DNA of 64,000 nt from Eledone cirrhosa (taxonomy: Eukaryota). Location of the stretch: assembly GCA_964016885.1 (NCBI GenBank), contig OZ024740.1:244528001-244592000 (forward strand), given 5' to 3'. The position numbers and the translations under genes are program-made. The notes under the pieces were generated by a model, which worked only from the letters and a program-made list of their open reading frames with translations, was not told the origin of the DNA and searched no databases. This document shows, piece after piece, positions 1-13,113 of the stretch; the stretch's first letter is position 1, and each line of letters opens with the position of its first letter.

Positions 1-987
1 TGATGGTGTTGGTGTTTGTGGTGATGGGGTTGTTGATGCTGGTGTGGATGGTGGCATATCTGTCCTAACTTTTGTGTTTGATTGTTTATTTGTTTCCCTC
101 TGTATTTTGTTTTTGGAGGGGGAGGGAAGAGAATTTTTTTCTTTTTTGGTTTCTTTTTTTCTTTTTTCCTGATACCGTTTCCCACTCCCCGTCGTCACAA
201 TCTGTCTCTAGTTGTGATAGGCTGGTGAATGGAAAATCCTCCACAGGCGTTAGTTTTAGTTGTGGAGTGGTGGATGGTGTAGGCGCTGGTGCTAGTTCTG
301 GCGCGTTGGGTGGTGATGGTGTTGGTTTTGCTACTGTTGTTGGGTTGTTGCTGTTACAGTTGCTTCTGTTGTTGCTGCTACAGTTGTTGCTGCCATCTCT
401 GCTGCTGGAGGTGTTGATGGTTGAGTCACTGGGGTGGGTAAGAGAGGTGGCCTCAACCTTTTATCCTGAGGGCAGAAAGCCCTTAGGTGGGTTCCTTCAC
501 CACAAACGACGCACCTAAGTCTTCTGCCCTCGACGATTACGGTGAGGTGGCTGCCGTCAGTGAGGGCTATTACCTCTGGGATCTCCTCAATGCTTTTATG
601 GTCTGCTTGGATCAGGAGCTCCATCCCAGATCCGGACCAGTTCTCCTGCTTTTCTTTCGCTATTTCGATTATCTTGGTGTTGGCTTCGATGCCGGCGAGG
701 ACGGCAGCTATTAGCCAGGGAATTTCGATGGCCGGTGGAACGTGGGTCACCCTGATCTTTACGAGTCTCTGGCCACAATAGCTTGGGACGAGTGTGAAGT
801 CGTCACTTCTTAATGTGGCCATGGAGTGTTCTCTGGCATCCTGTGGTGTTTCAAAGAACACGTCCACGGTTCCATATTTCTGCCCACGTCTGATGTGGGG
901 TTTTTTTGCCCACACATGTCCCAAAGCTTTTTGGATTTGGGACTCGGATGCCCGTTCCACTCGGCGCGATTTTATGTTAATCGTCCG
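1..987 (-). pseudogene. Tx1-clade retrotransposon ORF1 (gag-like) fragment, 5'-truncated, continues off window
   Basis: ORF 331..1101 contains VIVEGRRLRCVVCGEGTHLRAFCP (CCHC knuckle), homologous to ISVEGRRPSCHICAGRGHLKAACP in ORF1 at 30271..31995; followed by a Pro/Thr-rich tail; stop at 331. Confidence 0.85.
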
Positions 988-1099
988 ATAAGGATGAAAG
1001 GCAAAGTCAACCTCGGCGGGATTTGAACTCAGATCGTAAAGGGACGTAACTATGCTGGAAACCATGGCGTCCGACCCTCTACCGATACTGCCAATCCAC
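988..1099 (-). mobile_element. tRNA-derived SINE, 5' half only, joined to Tx1 ORF1
   Basis: Matches full copies (e.g. 41499-41684); box A-like TGGCAGTATCGG and box B-like GAGTTCAAATCC on the minus strand. Confidence 0.9.
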
Positions 1100-1117
1100 A
1101 ATAATAATAATAATAAT

Positions 1118-3330
1118 GATTTCTTTAGTAAGATTTGGAGTGATAAGAAGACATATAATGGTAATGTAGATTGGATTAGTCGCCTGGAAAAATCCTACAC
1201 AAATTTAGAAGAACAGGCGTGGGAAGACATCTCTATAGCGGACTTAAGAACAGCACTCAATAAATCTCATAAATGGAAATCTCCTGGTTGATCAGGGTGC
1301 CAAATTTCTGGCTTTCCTCCCTCCCGTGCACTCACAATATATTGGTCAAGCTGTTTAATGAAATTATGAAAGATCCAAAAAATACACCTGATTGGATAGC
1401 AAGTGGCATTACCTACCTTCTACCAAAGAACAACGAAACCAAAGATAAAAAAAACTATCAGCCCATAACCTGCTTGTCCACCACTTATAAACTATTAACC
1501 CCTATTCTCGTGGAAAAAGCATACGTGTTTTTGGAGGAGAACATTCTTTTGCCCTTTGAACAAAAAGGGTGCCGACGAGGTTCATATGGTTGCAAAGATC
1601 AACTTTTGATTAACCGTATGATCCTTGGGAACTGTCATAATAAATCTCAGTTCTGCATGGATCGATTATAAAAAAGCCTTTGACAGCATACCACACTCAT
1701 GGATTCTGAAATCACTGGTCTTCTTAAAAATCTCACCTGTGATCTCAAACTTCCTGAAACACAATATGTCATTATGGAACACAAATCTCCAATTATCTCA
1801 TTCCACTGGGGTACTGTGCTCTAGGTATATAAACATCAACTATGGTATATTCCAGGGTGACTCACTTTCACCCTTGCGTTTCTGCATAGCTTTAATACCC
1901 CTTACATCCGAACTTAATAGAACAGGGTACGGTTATAGAATTGACAACAAGGTGCTAGCCATAAATTCCTTGGCAGTCCCAGTTGTCACTTTTAGCTTCG
2001 GTGTGTTGAACTGGAATATGAGTGAAATCAAAAGAATCGACACCAAAGTCCGTAAGCTACTGACCTGTAATACGATGCACCACCCAAAAGCAGATGTGAA
2101 TCGTCTTTACCTTCCTAGAACTCAAGGAGGCCGTGTCCTGATCCAATTTGAACTTGCTTACAAGACCACCACCATTGGACTGGCCAAATACCTTGAAACA
2201 ACTGACGACTATATGCTGAAACTTGTTGAAAAGCATGAGAGAAGTAAGAAGCTTCATTCTATCTTGAAGGATAGCAAAAAATATGCTACTAATCACATGA
2301 TTGATACCCAGGCTGGATAGACTAAAGAAACTGTTGCAACTGATGCTGCTAGGCACATAAAATCACTGACAAAAGCAAAAGGGCAAGGAGAATTAGGATC
2401 AAATTGGGAGCAGAAACCTCTGCATGGCAAATATGTGGCCCGTAGCAAACAAGCTGATGTTGACCAAAAGCACACCCATCAGTGGGCTCATAGTTCAGGG
2501 CTAAAGGCGGAGAGGGAAGGCTTCATCTTAGCTGCCCAAGATCAAAGCTTATTGACTCGTAATTACCAGGCCAATGTGATGAGAAACGGAATAAACCCAA
2601 AGTGCAATGCTGAGGTTGAAACAGTGGATCACTTAGTCTCTAGCACCAGTAGAATACAAATATAGACATGACAGTGTTGGCCAATATCTACACTGGGTAA
2701 TATGTCGGCATTACAAAATCAAAGCTGAAGACAAGTGGTACAATCATCACCCTGAGGCTGTAACTGAAGGAGAAAAAGTAACAATTCTCTGGGACTTTCC
2801 TGTACATACTGACAGGACCATAAAAGCAAATAGACCTGACATCATTGTAAAAGATCAACATAACAAGGTCTGTTTATTGATAGATATGAGCATCCCATGT
2901 GATCACAATATCGCGGCAAAAGAATTTGACAAGCTACGAAAATATAAAGATTGAAACTGAGAAAATGTGGCACCTCAAGGCCGTTACAATATCAGTAATT
3001 GTGGGAGGACTGGGAATGATCAAGAAAGGAACAGAACAATATTTTCAAATGATTCCTGGTTTACCCACTCTGCACGAGGTGCAAAAAATTGTTTTGACTG
3101 GTACTGCACACGTATTGAGAAGAGCACTATCTCTGTAAGATTGATATCCCTCCTTGTATTTACATATGCATATGCACATGTGTATATATGTATACTGTTT
3201 CTTTTTTATTAATTATAATCAATGTGTTAACTGGCTTACCAATACACACTGTAAATTTATTTGCCCTAGGTGTCAGGAAGACACTCGGTATATATCTCAG
3301 AAACAATAATGAAAAAAATAAAAATAATAG
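1118..3330 (+). mobile_element. R4/Dong-clade non-LTR retrotransposon (RT + CCHC + restriction-like endonuclease), 5'-truncated, frameshifted, internally deleted
   Basis: KWKSPG, YQPITCL, EQKGC..GCKDQLLI, WIDYKKAFDS, GIFQGDSLSP; the YxDD region is missing near 1944; RLE motif NRPDIIVKD..LIDMSIP at ~2828-2898; flanked by (AAT)n at both ends. Confidence 0.85.
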
Positions 3331-3332
3331 TA

Positions 3333-3518
3333 ATAATTGTTTCTACTTTAGGCACAAGGCCAGCAATTACCCAGTGCATTACTGGTACTTTATTTTATCG
3401 ACCCCGTAAGGATGAAAGGCAAAGTCAACCTCGGCGGGATTTGAACTCAGATCGTAAAGGGACATAACTATGCTGGAAAGCATGGCGTCCGACCCTCTAC
3501 CGATACTGCCAGTCCACC
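3333..3518 (-). mobile_element. tRNA-derived SINE, near full length
   Basis: Same head, core GCCTTTCATCCTTACGGGGTCGATAAAATAAAGTACCAG and ATT tail as the other copies. Confidence 0.92.
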
Positions 3519-4401
3519 AATAATAAACTCACCCTAGGGTCATAGAATTAGAATTCTCGAAACATCAAAATTTAATTTTTTTAAATTTTATAGTTTTATA
3601 ACTTAAGCTTCAGGAGTTGGTTCAAGGTCGGATTCATCAGAGTTTATTTCTGCACATCAATATTCTACATAGGTTGACATTTCGTTACTCATATATCATT
3701 CACTATAACAAAAGATTACCAGAATACTCAAGAAAATACTCAAGATTTCCAGAAATTTCCAAAAACTTTAGAGAATCTTCACAAGAAAAAAAAAAAAGAA
3801 TTCTTTAAAAGTTCGAAGAAGTAGTGGGTCTACTTGGAGTGAATCTCCGATCTCCGAGTTACGCACTCAATCGAGTAAGGTTACTTTAAAGACCCTTCGG
3901 AGGAACCCCATTTCGGCCATCGTATTCTTTCGATCATTACTCAAGATTCATAGCCATAAGTAAGGCTTGGCATGAATACCGAAATTATGATAGTGAGTTT
4001 AGCTTTTACACCTACTTCCCTTCTTCTGGTGACTGAATGCTGAAGTTGGTACGTTACTGCACCAGCTCCTGCAATTCATGCGCTTAATTCAGCCTCCTAC
4101 CTTCCATCATTCGTGAACACGGCCCCGAGATACTTGAACATCTCTACTTGCTTCAGTGTAACTCCATTCACATGCACTGTGCAGGCTTCCTTGAGAGGAC
4201 GAGTGTCTCAGTTTTCCCAGCACTGATTTTCATTCCGGCCATGCAGAACTCAGCATTAAACCTATCAAGTGTAAGTCGGAGATCACCTTCTGCCGAGTTA
4301 AGTAACACCATGTTGTCTGTAAATTCCAGCCGACTGATTTTACATCAGTCAGCCATGATACCACTTCCAGCCCGCCTGTGCATGTCAATCCTGTTCAAGT
4401 A

Positions 4402-4582
4402 AATAATTGTTTCTACTTTTGGCACAAGGCCAGCAATTACCCAGTGTATTACTGGTACTTTATTTTATCGACCCCGTAAGGATGAAAGGCAAAGTTAATC
4501 TCGGCGGGATTTGAACTCAGAATGGCAAGGGCCGCAACTCTATGCGTCAAAGCACGGCGTCCGACCCTCTACCGATACTGCC
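4402..4582 (-). mobile_element. tRNA-derived SINE
   Basis: Sequence match to the SINE family. Confidence 0.9.
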
Positions 4583-5064
4583 AAACGAACAGGAGAGATG
4601 ACAGTATGCACCCTTGGTGGATTCCGAATCCCACATTGAATAGTTTCAATTTAGCACCATTTATCCAAACACAAATACTCGGGCATTCGTATGGAGACAT
4701 CAGGGCAGCAAAAAGCTGACCATCGATCATATACTCCTGCAGAACCTTCCCCAGTAGGTCTCGAGGAACGCGGTCTTATGCCTTTTCAAGGTCGACAAAA
4801 CAAAAATACACATCTTGGCAATAATCTCACGATTTCTCAAATACCTGCAATGTGAATATTTGGTCAGCTGTGGTGCGTCCGGGGCGAAAACCGCACTAGC
4901 TATCTCCCTATATCTCTTTGCCAGACACTTAGCTTAAGATTTTACCAGGGAGACTTAAGATGATCCCTCTGTAACGCTTTTAACATCTTGGATCGGATTT
5001 CATCTTCCTCAACGGCCTTGCCACATCTGTGGAGGAGTGCTTCTCATTATGAAGTCAGTTGATG

Positions 5065-6188
5065 AGGCGGTCCATCTGTTGCCAACGCGGAGGATTGGGA
5101 ATGCGCTGAGGTTGAGGCATCTCCAGATATTTTGCCTAAACGGTGAACAGGTGTGGTCTCCGTTTTACAGACGGGCCTTTCCGCAGTTCATTTCTTTGAC
5201 TTAGCTGCAGCCCTGGATCAAGAAGAGGCCGAGACTGGGCGTCTGGCATCTGGAATGTTGCCATGTGCTCACTGCCCTATACCAGGCGGGCAATGCAGTC
5301 AGTGGAACTTCCACTCAAGAGTTCTATGGAGGTTTAGTGGTGAGTAAGTGCGACGACGCTCTCGGAGTGATTATAAGTTTCGACGAGAATGAGCTAGCTA
5401 ATCTTTTCCGGAGGACTTTCTACCGTGTTCGATGGACAATTTCCAGAAATCCCTCACTTGGCAGTGCTACCGGGTAGCCCTGCCGGTTCGAGATAAACTC
5501 TATAGGCACCGTTGTGCTGTCAGATGGAGTTGTTCGAGATGCGCGCAGAGTGACTAAACCATTTTGCATGCACTCGATATTTGCCCGTGTATTGCTGACT
5601 TATGGAGTTATGTCGAACCACTATTGTCGCGTGTGGGACGGGTCCAGCTATCGATCGAATCCATAGAGAAGGTCGCCCCACCGTCTTCTTTTGATCGGGA
5701 AAAGCAGGTTGTTTTCCTCTGTTTGATAACTGTCGCGAAAGATGTTGTGTGGTGGACGCGACTGAAAGGTCTAAAGACAGACATTTTCCAGTTCGGTCAA
5801 GCCCTCATCAACTTTTTCAAGATCCACTTGGAAAAGAAGATAAGAGTGGAGAGAGAAATGCTGACCCCCCCCCCGCCGAACATTTTTTAAAAGGTGGGTG
5901 ACTGCTCTGAGAATGGCCTGTGTGAATTTGTGAATGGCCCCACTCTGAGCATGCACCTAGGCTGGAGGGAGAGAGGAGTACCCTCCTAGGGTGCTCTTGG
6001 AGATGAGGGCGGGCTGGGATTTGTGGGGATCCTAACGTCACCCCTATTGGAAAGTTCTGTTGTTGATGTTTTATTTTTTTGGTTTATTTGTTTTGTTAAT
6101 TCTTTTACACGATTGCATGTAAATCTCCACTGCCCCCTTCTTTGTATTGTCCCCTATGTTCGGCCCTTGTGGCCAATAATAAAGAAAT
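5065..6188 (+). mobile_element. Tx1-clade LINE, 5'-truncated (ATT-type family)
   Basis: Decayed ORF2 C-terminus (MDNFQKSL.WQCYR, VVWWTRLKGLK); 3' end CCCTTGTGGCCAATAATAAAGAAAT; 20-bp TSD at 5045-5064 / 6189-6208. Confidence 0.9.
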
Positions 6189-6312
6189 CATTATGAAGTC
6201 GGTGGATGGTCTGAAGTTGGATTTCAGCTTAATCCCCAAATCCTCCCATGTCTTAACTTTTGACGCCTTTACTGTCTCTGCTGTACAAGCAGGCATGAAG
6301 ACTATATATATA

Positions 6313-7639
6313 CCGGGTGTAACAGCAAAATTGTCACACTCACAAATTCTTAAATTTTAAAACCAATAAACTAATCGATTTGCAATGTTCCATGTTCCCA
6401 GATAAGACATCTTTCCATACTGACACTAGACTTTGCAAGTATCAGTGTAATACTTATTGAGATATTTAGCTAGAAACAGAACAGGCTGGAATCGTTTTGT
6501 GTCAGCTTCACAATGTCTTCCCATCTGAACAATGTTGAGCGGGCTAATATCATCCAGCCCTTCAGTAATGGTACTAACATTGATTCTATGGCTTTCATCT
6601 TCAAAGTCCATCGAAGACCCATCAAGAAAGAGAATTGTAAATAAGTTTGAGAAAGAGGGAATAGTGGAGAAGAAAACTGGATCAGGAGGTCATAACCGCA
6701 AGAGGGATCATCATTTCAATCTGGAGCTGAAGAGATCAATAAGAAGAGATCCAACTCAATCCATATGGCGCTTGGTACATGAGGGAGGAGTTTCAGCTAT
6801 GACAGTTCAAAGAACGGTGACAGAAGACTTGAAAATGAAACCGTACGTGAGATCTGTGAGGCACCTTATTACTCCAGGACAAAGGGTTAGAAGGTTGGAG
6901 AGGGAAAAGATCATCTAGAACAAAGTGAAACATAATACAGGAGTGATCTTTTACACAGATGAGAAGAATTTCACCTACGATATGCACACAAACAGACGCA
7001 ACAGCCGTGTTCTGGCTTCAGATCCAACTAGAGAGACAAAAATGCCATTTTCAGGTGTAAAAGCCCTGCCAAATTGATGATTTTCGCATACGTGGCCTGT
7101 GATGGCCTCCTTCATCGCCTGATTTTTACCCATTAAACTTCAGCATCTGGAATGAACAGGTTAGAAAAGCACGTGAGAAGCCCCAAAGTAACATGCAAGC
7201 CCTCAAAATCTCCATCCGTAGGACATGGGAGGAGAACATTGATGAGGAATTCATTAAGAAAGCTCGTGATGCAGTCAGAAAAAGGGTTGAGGAACTCATT
7301 GTCAAAAGAGGAGCAACTATTGATGCCTAACAGGATGGATTTCACCCAGGATTGTATCTGGCACTTAGGAATAAAACTTTAAGCTTCCATTCAAACTTTA
7401 TTCCAATCATTTATGAGCTCCCAATCCTGAGCTATGGTTAATTATTTATGAAAATGTCATTTTCGTCCATGATCAAAATCATCACAAATTCTTCTGGTTA
7501 GCTTGGACGGTAATCAACGTAGAGTCCAATGATGTTAGAAAGCCCCCTGACAATTCCACTAAGTTATCTTTAAGCATTCCTGAGATACAGAGGTTCGAAG
7601 TTGAATCTAAAATTTGGACAATTTTGCTGATACACTCGA
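6313..7639 (+). mobile_element. Tc1/mariner-superfamily DNA transposon, defective
   Basis: 23-bp TIRs CCGGGTGTAACAGCAAAATTGTC (6313-6335) / GACAATTTTGCTGATACACTCGA (7617-7639), TA flanks; HTH region in ORF 6532..6918, then a stop and IFYTDEKNFT (first catalytic D). Confidence 0.85.
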
Positions 7640-7950
7640 TATATATATATATTTCGTTTCTGAATTTGTTTAGCAAGATTCTTTATTTGAAAACACACAA
7701 AAACAAGATGGCGTAGGACAGAACAAAGGAGAGGCACAAAACAAAGAAAATAATCCCCAGTCACTGAAGAGGTCACAGAATGTGTGACGAAGTAACTTTG
7801 ACAATATATGAACAACCGTCCGGTTGTGGAACCAACCAACCAACCAACCGGAAATTTATAAATTCTTAAATTTATAAATTTAATTTATAATAAATTGGAG
7901 TGAAAGCAACTGGTGTGTGTGTTTCTTATTGGCAACATGACCCTCCCAAT

Positions 7951-8258
<308 letters not shown>

Positions 8259-8503
8259 ATTTAAAACTGCACTATCAACAAGTGTTTTTTAGCCTTCATA
8301 TCATGTTCTCCTGTTTTATCTGATGAAAACACAAATATTATTGTTTGATGATGTTTGTTTTTGAAATGCGCATAATAAAATATATGGAACTCCTTTAACC
8401 ATCTTTTGATCTTATATTATGCATACTCCAGTCCCACAAACTGTAGAGTGCTTCTTATCCGATATCTGCATTGCTTTATTGTACTACAATAAAACTCACC
8501 TCC

Positions 8504-8592
<89 letters not shown>

Positions 8593-9199
8593 AAGTGTTG
8601 TAGTTTGCTCGAAGCATTGTGGAATATGAAATACAAATAGAACTAGGAAATATGTTTGCTTATTTGGAAGCCCGACAATGCGTGTGAGATATAAGTGCCA
8701 AGATAATAAAAGTTTGAGAAAATAGATAGAGTAAAAAGAACTTAAATAAAAGATGAAGATGACAGAAAGTTACCTGAGCAATGATCCGAAATATTTTTTG
8801 ATTTACCATCCATTATCAAGGGCAGTCCGTAGGGGGTGGGGCCTCGTTAAAGTTTAATGTTGTTTGCGCATGTGCATAAGGAAAAAGGTATGTGTGCATT
8901 TGTATGATATATATGCGTGGGATGTAAATGTGTATGTGTAGTGAGGAACAGATTTTAGAGTTAGGGAGTAAAATGTGTGTGTAGTTGGTCTGGAACATTT
9001 TTTTTTTTTTTTGTTTCTCTGCTAGATGACCACTCAAAGCCAATAATGAATTTTCATGCTGCTAGTATTCATCGTGTCGAATTAGGGTAGGAAACGCACG
9101 TTCCTTAGACTGGGCAGCTGGGATGATGGCACGGTGGTCTATTTAAGTTGAACAAAGTTAGATTAGCAATTGTGGCACATTCCTTTCCCTTCTATTATT

Positions 9200-9340
9200 A
9201 ATGAGAGGCTCTAGTTGTTTAATCAAGAGAGCTTCCTTGATTCTCAACGTGCCTATACTGTGTTACCTTACCCTTAAACATGTTCCTCAATATACATACC
9301 TTGGTTGTTCATCGTAAACGATGATGACATATTCTTCATT
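9200..9340 (-). pseudogene. Penelope-like GIY-YIG endonuclease C-terminal remnant
   Basis: Minus strand reads RIKEALLIKQLEPLIN at ~9198-9245. Confidence 0.5.
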
Positions 9341-9341
9341 G

Positions 9342-10400
9342 TTTTTCCCGTCTGCCGTGGGCGCGAAGGTGGCTGTGGAGGCCGATCCTTGACTTGCAGG
9401 ACTGGGGACAGTGGGGGGAAGGGGAAGAGACCGGAGTCGCTTGAGGCAGCTGCTGATGGCAGTCGCCCGGTGGAACGCCCGATTGCCTCTGTCATCTCGG
9501 AATCAGGATGAGAACGACTTGCGCATCCAGGCCGCCCACGTGTGGGTTTGAGACTGGCAACTCCCAGAGGATACCTCCACCTCTCGCCCATCGCCGCAGG
9601 GCTTTGGGAGTGAATGCTAAAGAAGAAACCTGTGCGAGAAAGATTTATAGTGGGACGGCCAGTGCACAGTGACGGTCCCACTCACTCGGCCGCAGAAGCC
9701 AGAATCCGGTGGTACGGAGGACCGTCACGATCAGGGACTTCCTTGGCTGCAGTGGATGGCCACGACGTCTGTAGTGCATTGCTGTGCCCTAACGCTCCAC
9801 ACCGCTTGCTGTCGTCGCCTTCGTGACCGTTGGGACGATGTTGTCCTCCTCCACTCACTTCGCCGGGTCCAGTCTTCGCATGCAGGAGTAGGCATCCCCT
9901 ATCTAACTCACCGGGGGGGGGGGGGGGTTCAGACCCGTCCGGCTACCCTCAACCTGGTTCCCTGGTTCGGCCCGCAAAGCCAAAGCGGTTTACCGGGGTG
10001 TGGCTGCTACAGCTTCTTGTGGCCACAGGTGAGAGCTGAGTGTCAGGTGGGATCCAATGCAGGATGAGCTGTCCTGAAATGGGCATGGCTAGCCCCCCCA
10101 CCCCCTACAGAGGTACATGCCCCTCCCTGACACCCCAGGCATATACACACGCATATACATACACATACGTACATGTGTATATACATATTTACACATTTTT
10201 GGATGACCGTTGACTCTTATGAGTTCTTCCGCCCTTTGTCAGGTTTTGTTTTTTGTCCTGCAGGGTATCCAAAATCACCCTCCTCACCAAGTGAACTTGG
10301 TGGGGTTGCCAGTTTAGTCGCCGACGACCCGACCATGCGACAGGTTGTACTGGTTTACATGTTACCAGTAGCACTCAAGAGTGACCGGACATACACATAC
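9342..10400 (-). mobile_element. GC-rich probable LINE 5'-region remnants, family unresolved
   Basis: GC-rich block in AT-rich DNA; minus-strand GTCGTCGGCGACTAAACTGGCAACC near 10305-10330 resembles RTE-type 5' UTR motifs; no coherent ORF. Confidence 0.3.
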
Positions 10401-11069
10401 ACACTTGTACAAAACGCATATAAATAAATATATATGTCAGTGACAGCTATGAGTTTCTTCCATATTTGATATAAAAATGAATGCATATTAAACCAGCTGC
10501 TACACATAATGTAATATACAGACTGATGAGGTTTACAACGCCACTGGAACATTCAGCAAATATTACAAGTATAATCTACATTAATATACAGGGTGTTCAT
10601 ACAGTTCTTGTGAATCTTCAATAAATGTTAATAACTTTGGATGTGGACATGATAGAAATCCACTACAAATTACATATAGAAGCTTTATCTATATAACTTA
10701 CGTATGCGTGTGTGTTCTTAAAACCTTGCTAATTAATTATAATTTATTAATTAACAACTCGGGAGCGTCAGTCAAATGTTTATTAGTATTTATTCCGGCT
10801 CTTCGTTTTCCGAGTTCAAATCTCACCGAATTCAATTTTGTCTTTCATCCTCCCGAGGCTAATAAATTAAAGTACCAGTGAAGTACTGGAATCAATATAC
10901 GTTATCGAGTTTCCCACCCAAATTTCTATCTTTGAGCCAAAATTAGGAACCATTCATAAAAAAAAACTGTGGAATGTTTGAAACCGGTTGGAATTCTGGT
11001 ACATTCGGAGCCTGATAAAAATAAAAGATGGCATTCATGCTGAATATCAGAAATAGGAGCTGTAGTGCA

Positions 11070-11103
<34 letters not shown>

Positions 11104-11334
11104 GAAAGGTATAGAAAGTATTGTAGCAAGAAGCCAACAGTATTCCATAATATATACATAAATTAGAATTGGCGCTCTGAAATAGCTATATATATATATA
11201 TATGAATGTATATATAGTGTATTTTGCAATACACTGTATGCTTAATTAAAAGCATTTCGAAAACCTTATACTATTGTTTTAGCGTAGTGACAGTCTCACT
11301 TACTTTAAATTTTCAGCAAACAGGGTGACATAAA

Positions 11335-11377
11335 GCTGACAGAGCTATGTTTCGTACTGATTGGTACTTATCAAAGC
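11335..11377 (-). ncRNA. Minimal type I hammerhead ribozyme motif, core mutated
   Basis: GCT-TTGATAA-GTAC(caatca)GTAC-GAAACA(tagctc)TGTC-AGC. Confidence 0.65.
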
Positions 11378-11606
11378 CAAGTACCCCACCTGTTTGCTGA
11401 AAATCATGAATGTTTGATTCTTATAGAATTTCTAGTAATAATCAGGAACTGATTATACAGAGCGGTTGCCGGTCAAGCAGAAATTGAAAATTAGAATTGG
11501 CGCTCTGAAATAGCTATATAATTTCTATGCAGGTTATACTTGGAGTAATAATAGTTAAAGAATGAAGAGTAACATGGTTGGCTGTACAATAAGGGCTTTA
11601 TTTAAA

Positions 11607-11717
11607 GTACTGACAATTGTTTCGTTGATCAGGTGAATCTAGAGTTAGTTAATCGTTTGAGGTTGCTTCATTCGATCTCCAATACATTATTTACCTCTGG
11701 TCAACACATCAGAGTAC
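11607..11717 (-). ncRNA. Type I hammerhead ribozyme motif with enlarged loop II
   Basis: GTACT-CTGATGT-GTTGACC...GATCAAC-GAAAC AATT GTC-AGTAC; palindromic stem III ACAATTGT. Confidence 0.7.
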
Positions 11718-11793
11718 GTAGATATCTACGTACTCTGATGTGTTGACCATTAAAGCCCTTATTGTACAGCCAACCATGTTACTCTTCATTCTT

Positions 11794-11860
<67 letters not shown>

Positions 11861-12514
11861 TTATTTAAGTTTACGAGGTATCGTTTAAGGCAATCCAAGT
11901 AGAGGCTATGAGAACTCTGTATCGAGGATAGTTCTAACGTTCGGTGTTGTTTGACTCGACAAGATGTTTACTTAGTTGTGGTGTTCGGGTGGGTGATTCC
12001 AGAGAGTTTCTAGGTAAGCGGTTCCTGGAGTCTTAATAATAAAAGAGTGAAGAATAACACGGATCGACTATACAGTAGGGTTTATTCTTAATATTAACAA
12101 ATCTTTCATTGGTCCGGTGTGTCTAAAAACCACTATCTGCAGTGTGCCACGACACTCTATTTTTAAGTACAGTTTACAGCAACCAAATCCTCAAAATACT
12201 ATTTCGGTTTTGTTGCTACAACGCTTTTATATTTATAACATGAAAAATAACATGGATAATAACAAGGAAGATAGCATAGTGAGGAGGGGGATATTATGAT
12301 AATGGCATGAAAAAAAGTGACATGAAAAGACAATAAGATAAAAATAAAAATAGAAATAAAAATAAGAATAAGAATACCGGTGGAGTTGAAAGTCAAAATA
12401 GGAAGTATTTAGTGAGAACACAAAGTAACTGGACAGTGTAGTACAGTGGGATAAGATGAAACAAAAAGATAATGTTTTTATTGGCAACATGCCCCCCCCC
12501 CCCAAAGTATAACA

Positions 12515-12582
<68 letters not shown>

Positions 12583-12599
12583 GTGTGCGTGTGTGTGTG

Positions 12600-12720
12600 T
12601 GTGCTTTTGAACATGGCAGACTTGTCTCTTGAGGTCACTGGTTGTGACTTGGTGATAACTCGCATAAACATAAAGCAAGATAAATGAAATAACACTAATA
12701 ATAATAACAATAATAATAAT
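12600..12720 (+). mobile_element. R4/Dong 3' UTR fragment ending in (AAT)n
   Basis: Reverse complement of 54147-54232 (TTGAACATGGC..CTCTTGAGGTCACTGGTTGTGACTTG..AAACATAAAGCAAGATAAATGAAAT). Confidence 0.75.
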
Positions 12721-12939
12721 GATTACTTCTATAGGCACAAGGCCAGCAATTTTAGGGGAGGGGAAAGTTGATTAAATTTACCGTCTTCCCTCAAAGGCTA
12801 AAAAAAAAAAAACAACAAAAAAAAAACAAAAAAAAGAATATAAAAAAACAAAACTAAAAAAGACAAAAACACTAAAAAAAAAATAAAACGACTACACAAT
12901 ACAAAAAAAAAAAAAAAATAAAAAACAAAAACTTATGCC

Positions 12940-13113
12940 TTGTTTCTACTTTTGGCACAAGGTCAGCAATTATCCCAGTGCATTACTGGTACTTTATTTT
13001 ATCGACCCGTTAAGGGTGAAAGGCAAAGTCAACCTCGACGGAATTTGAACTCAGATCGTAAAGGGACGTAACTATGCTGGAAAGCATGGCGTCCGACCCT
13101 CCACCGATACTGC
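12940..13113 (-). mobile_element. tRNA-derived SINE
   Basis: Sequence match to the SINE family. Confidence 0.9.

Larger units (their letters stand above)
3997..6297 (-). mobile_element. RTE-clade LINE fragment, interrupted by a SINE (4402-4582) and a Tx1 copy (5065-6188)
   Basis: Minus-strand translation gives GFRPGRTTADQIFTL, VDLEKA.DRVPR, GMKISAGKTE, FKYLG and VKASKVKTWEDLG; homologous to 32625-34241 and 38640-39160. Confidence 0.8.

Noticed and set aside
331-1101. 256-aa ORF as a novel host gene
   Set aside because: The N-terminus is SINE sequence with a non-ATG start; the rest is Tx1 ORF1
10435-10545. CTGATGA and GAAAC..GTC near each other as a hammerhead
   Set aside because: The two half-cores are on opposite strands and no consistent fold was found
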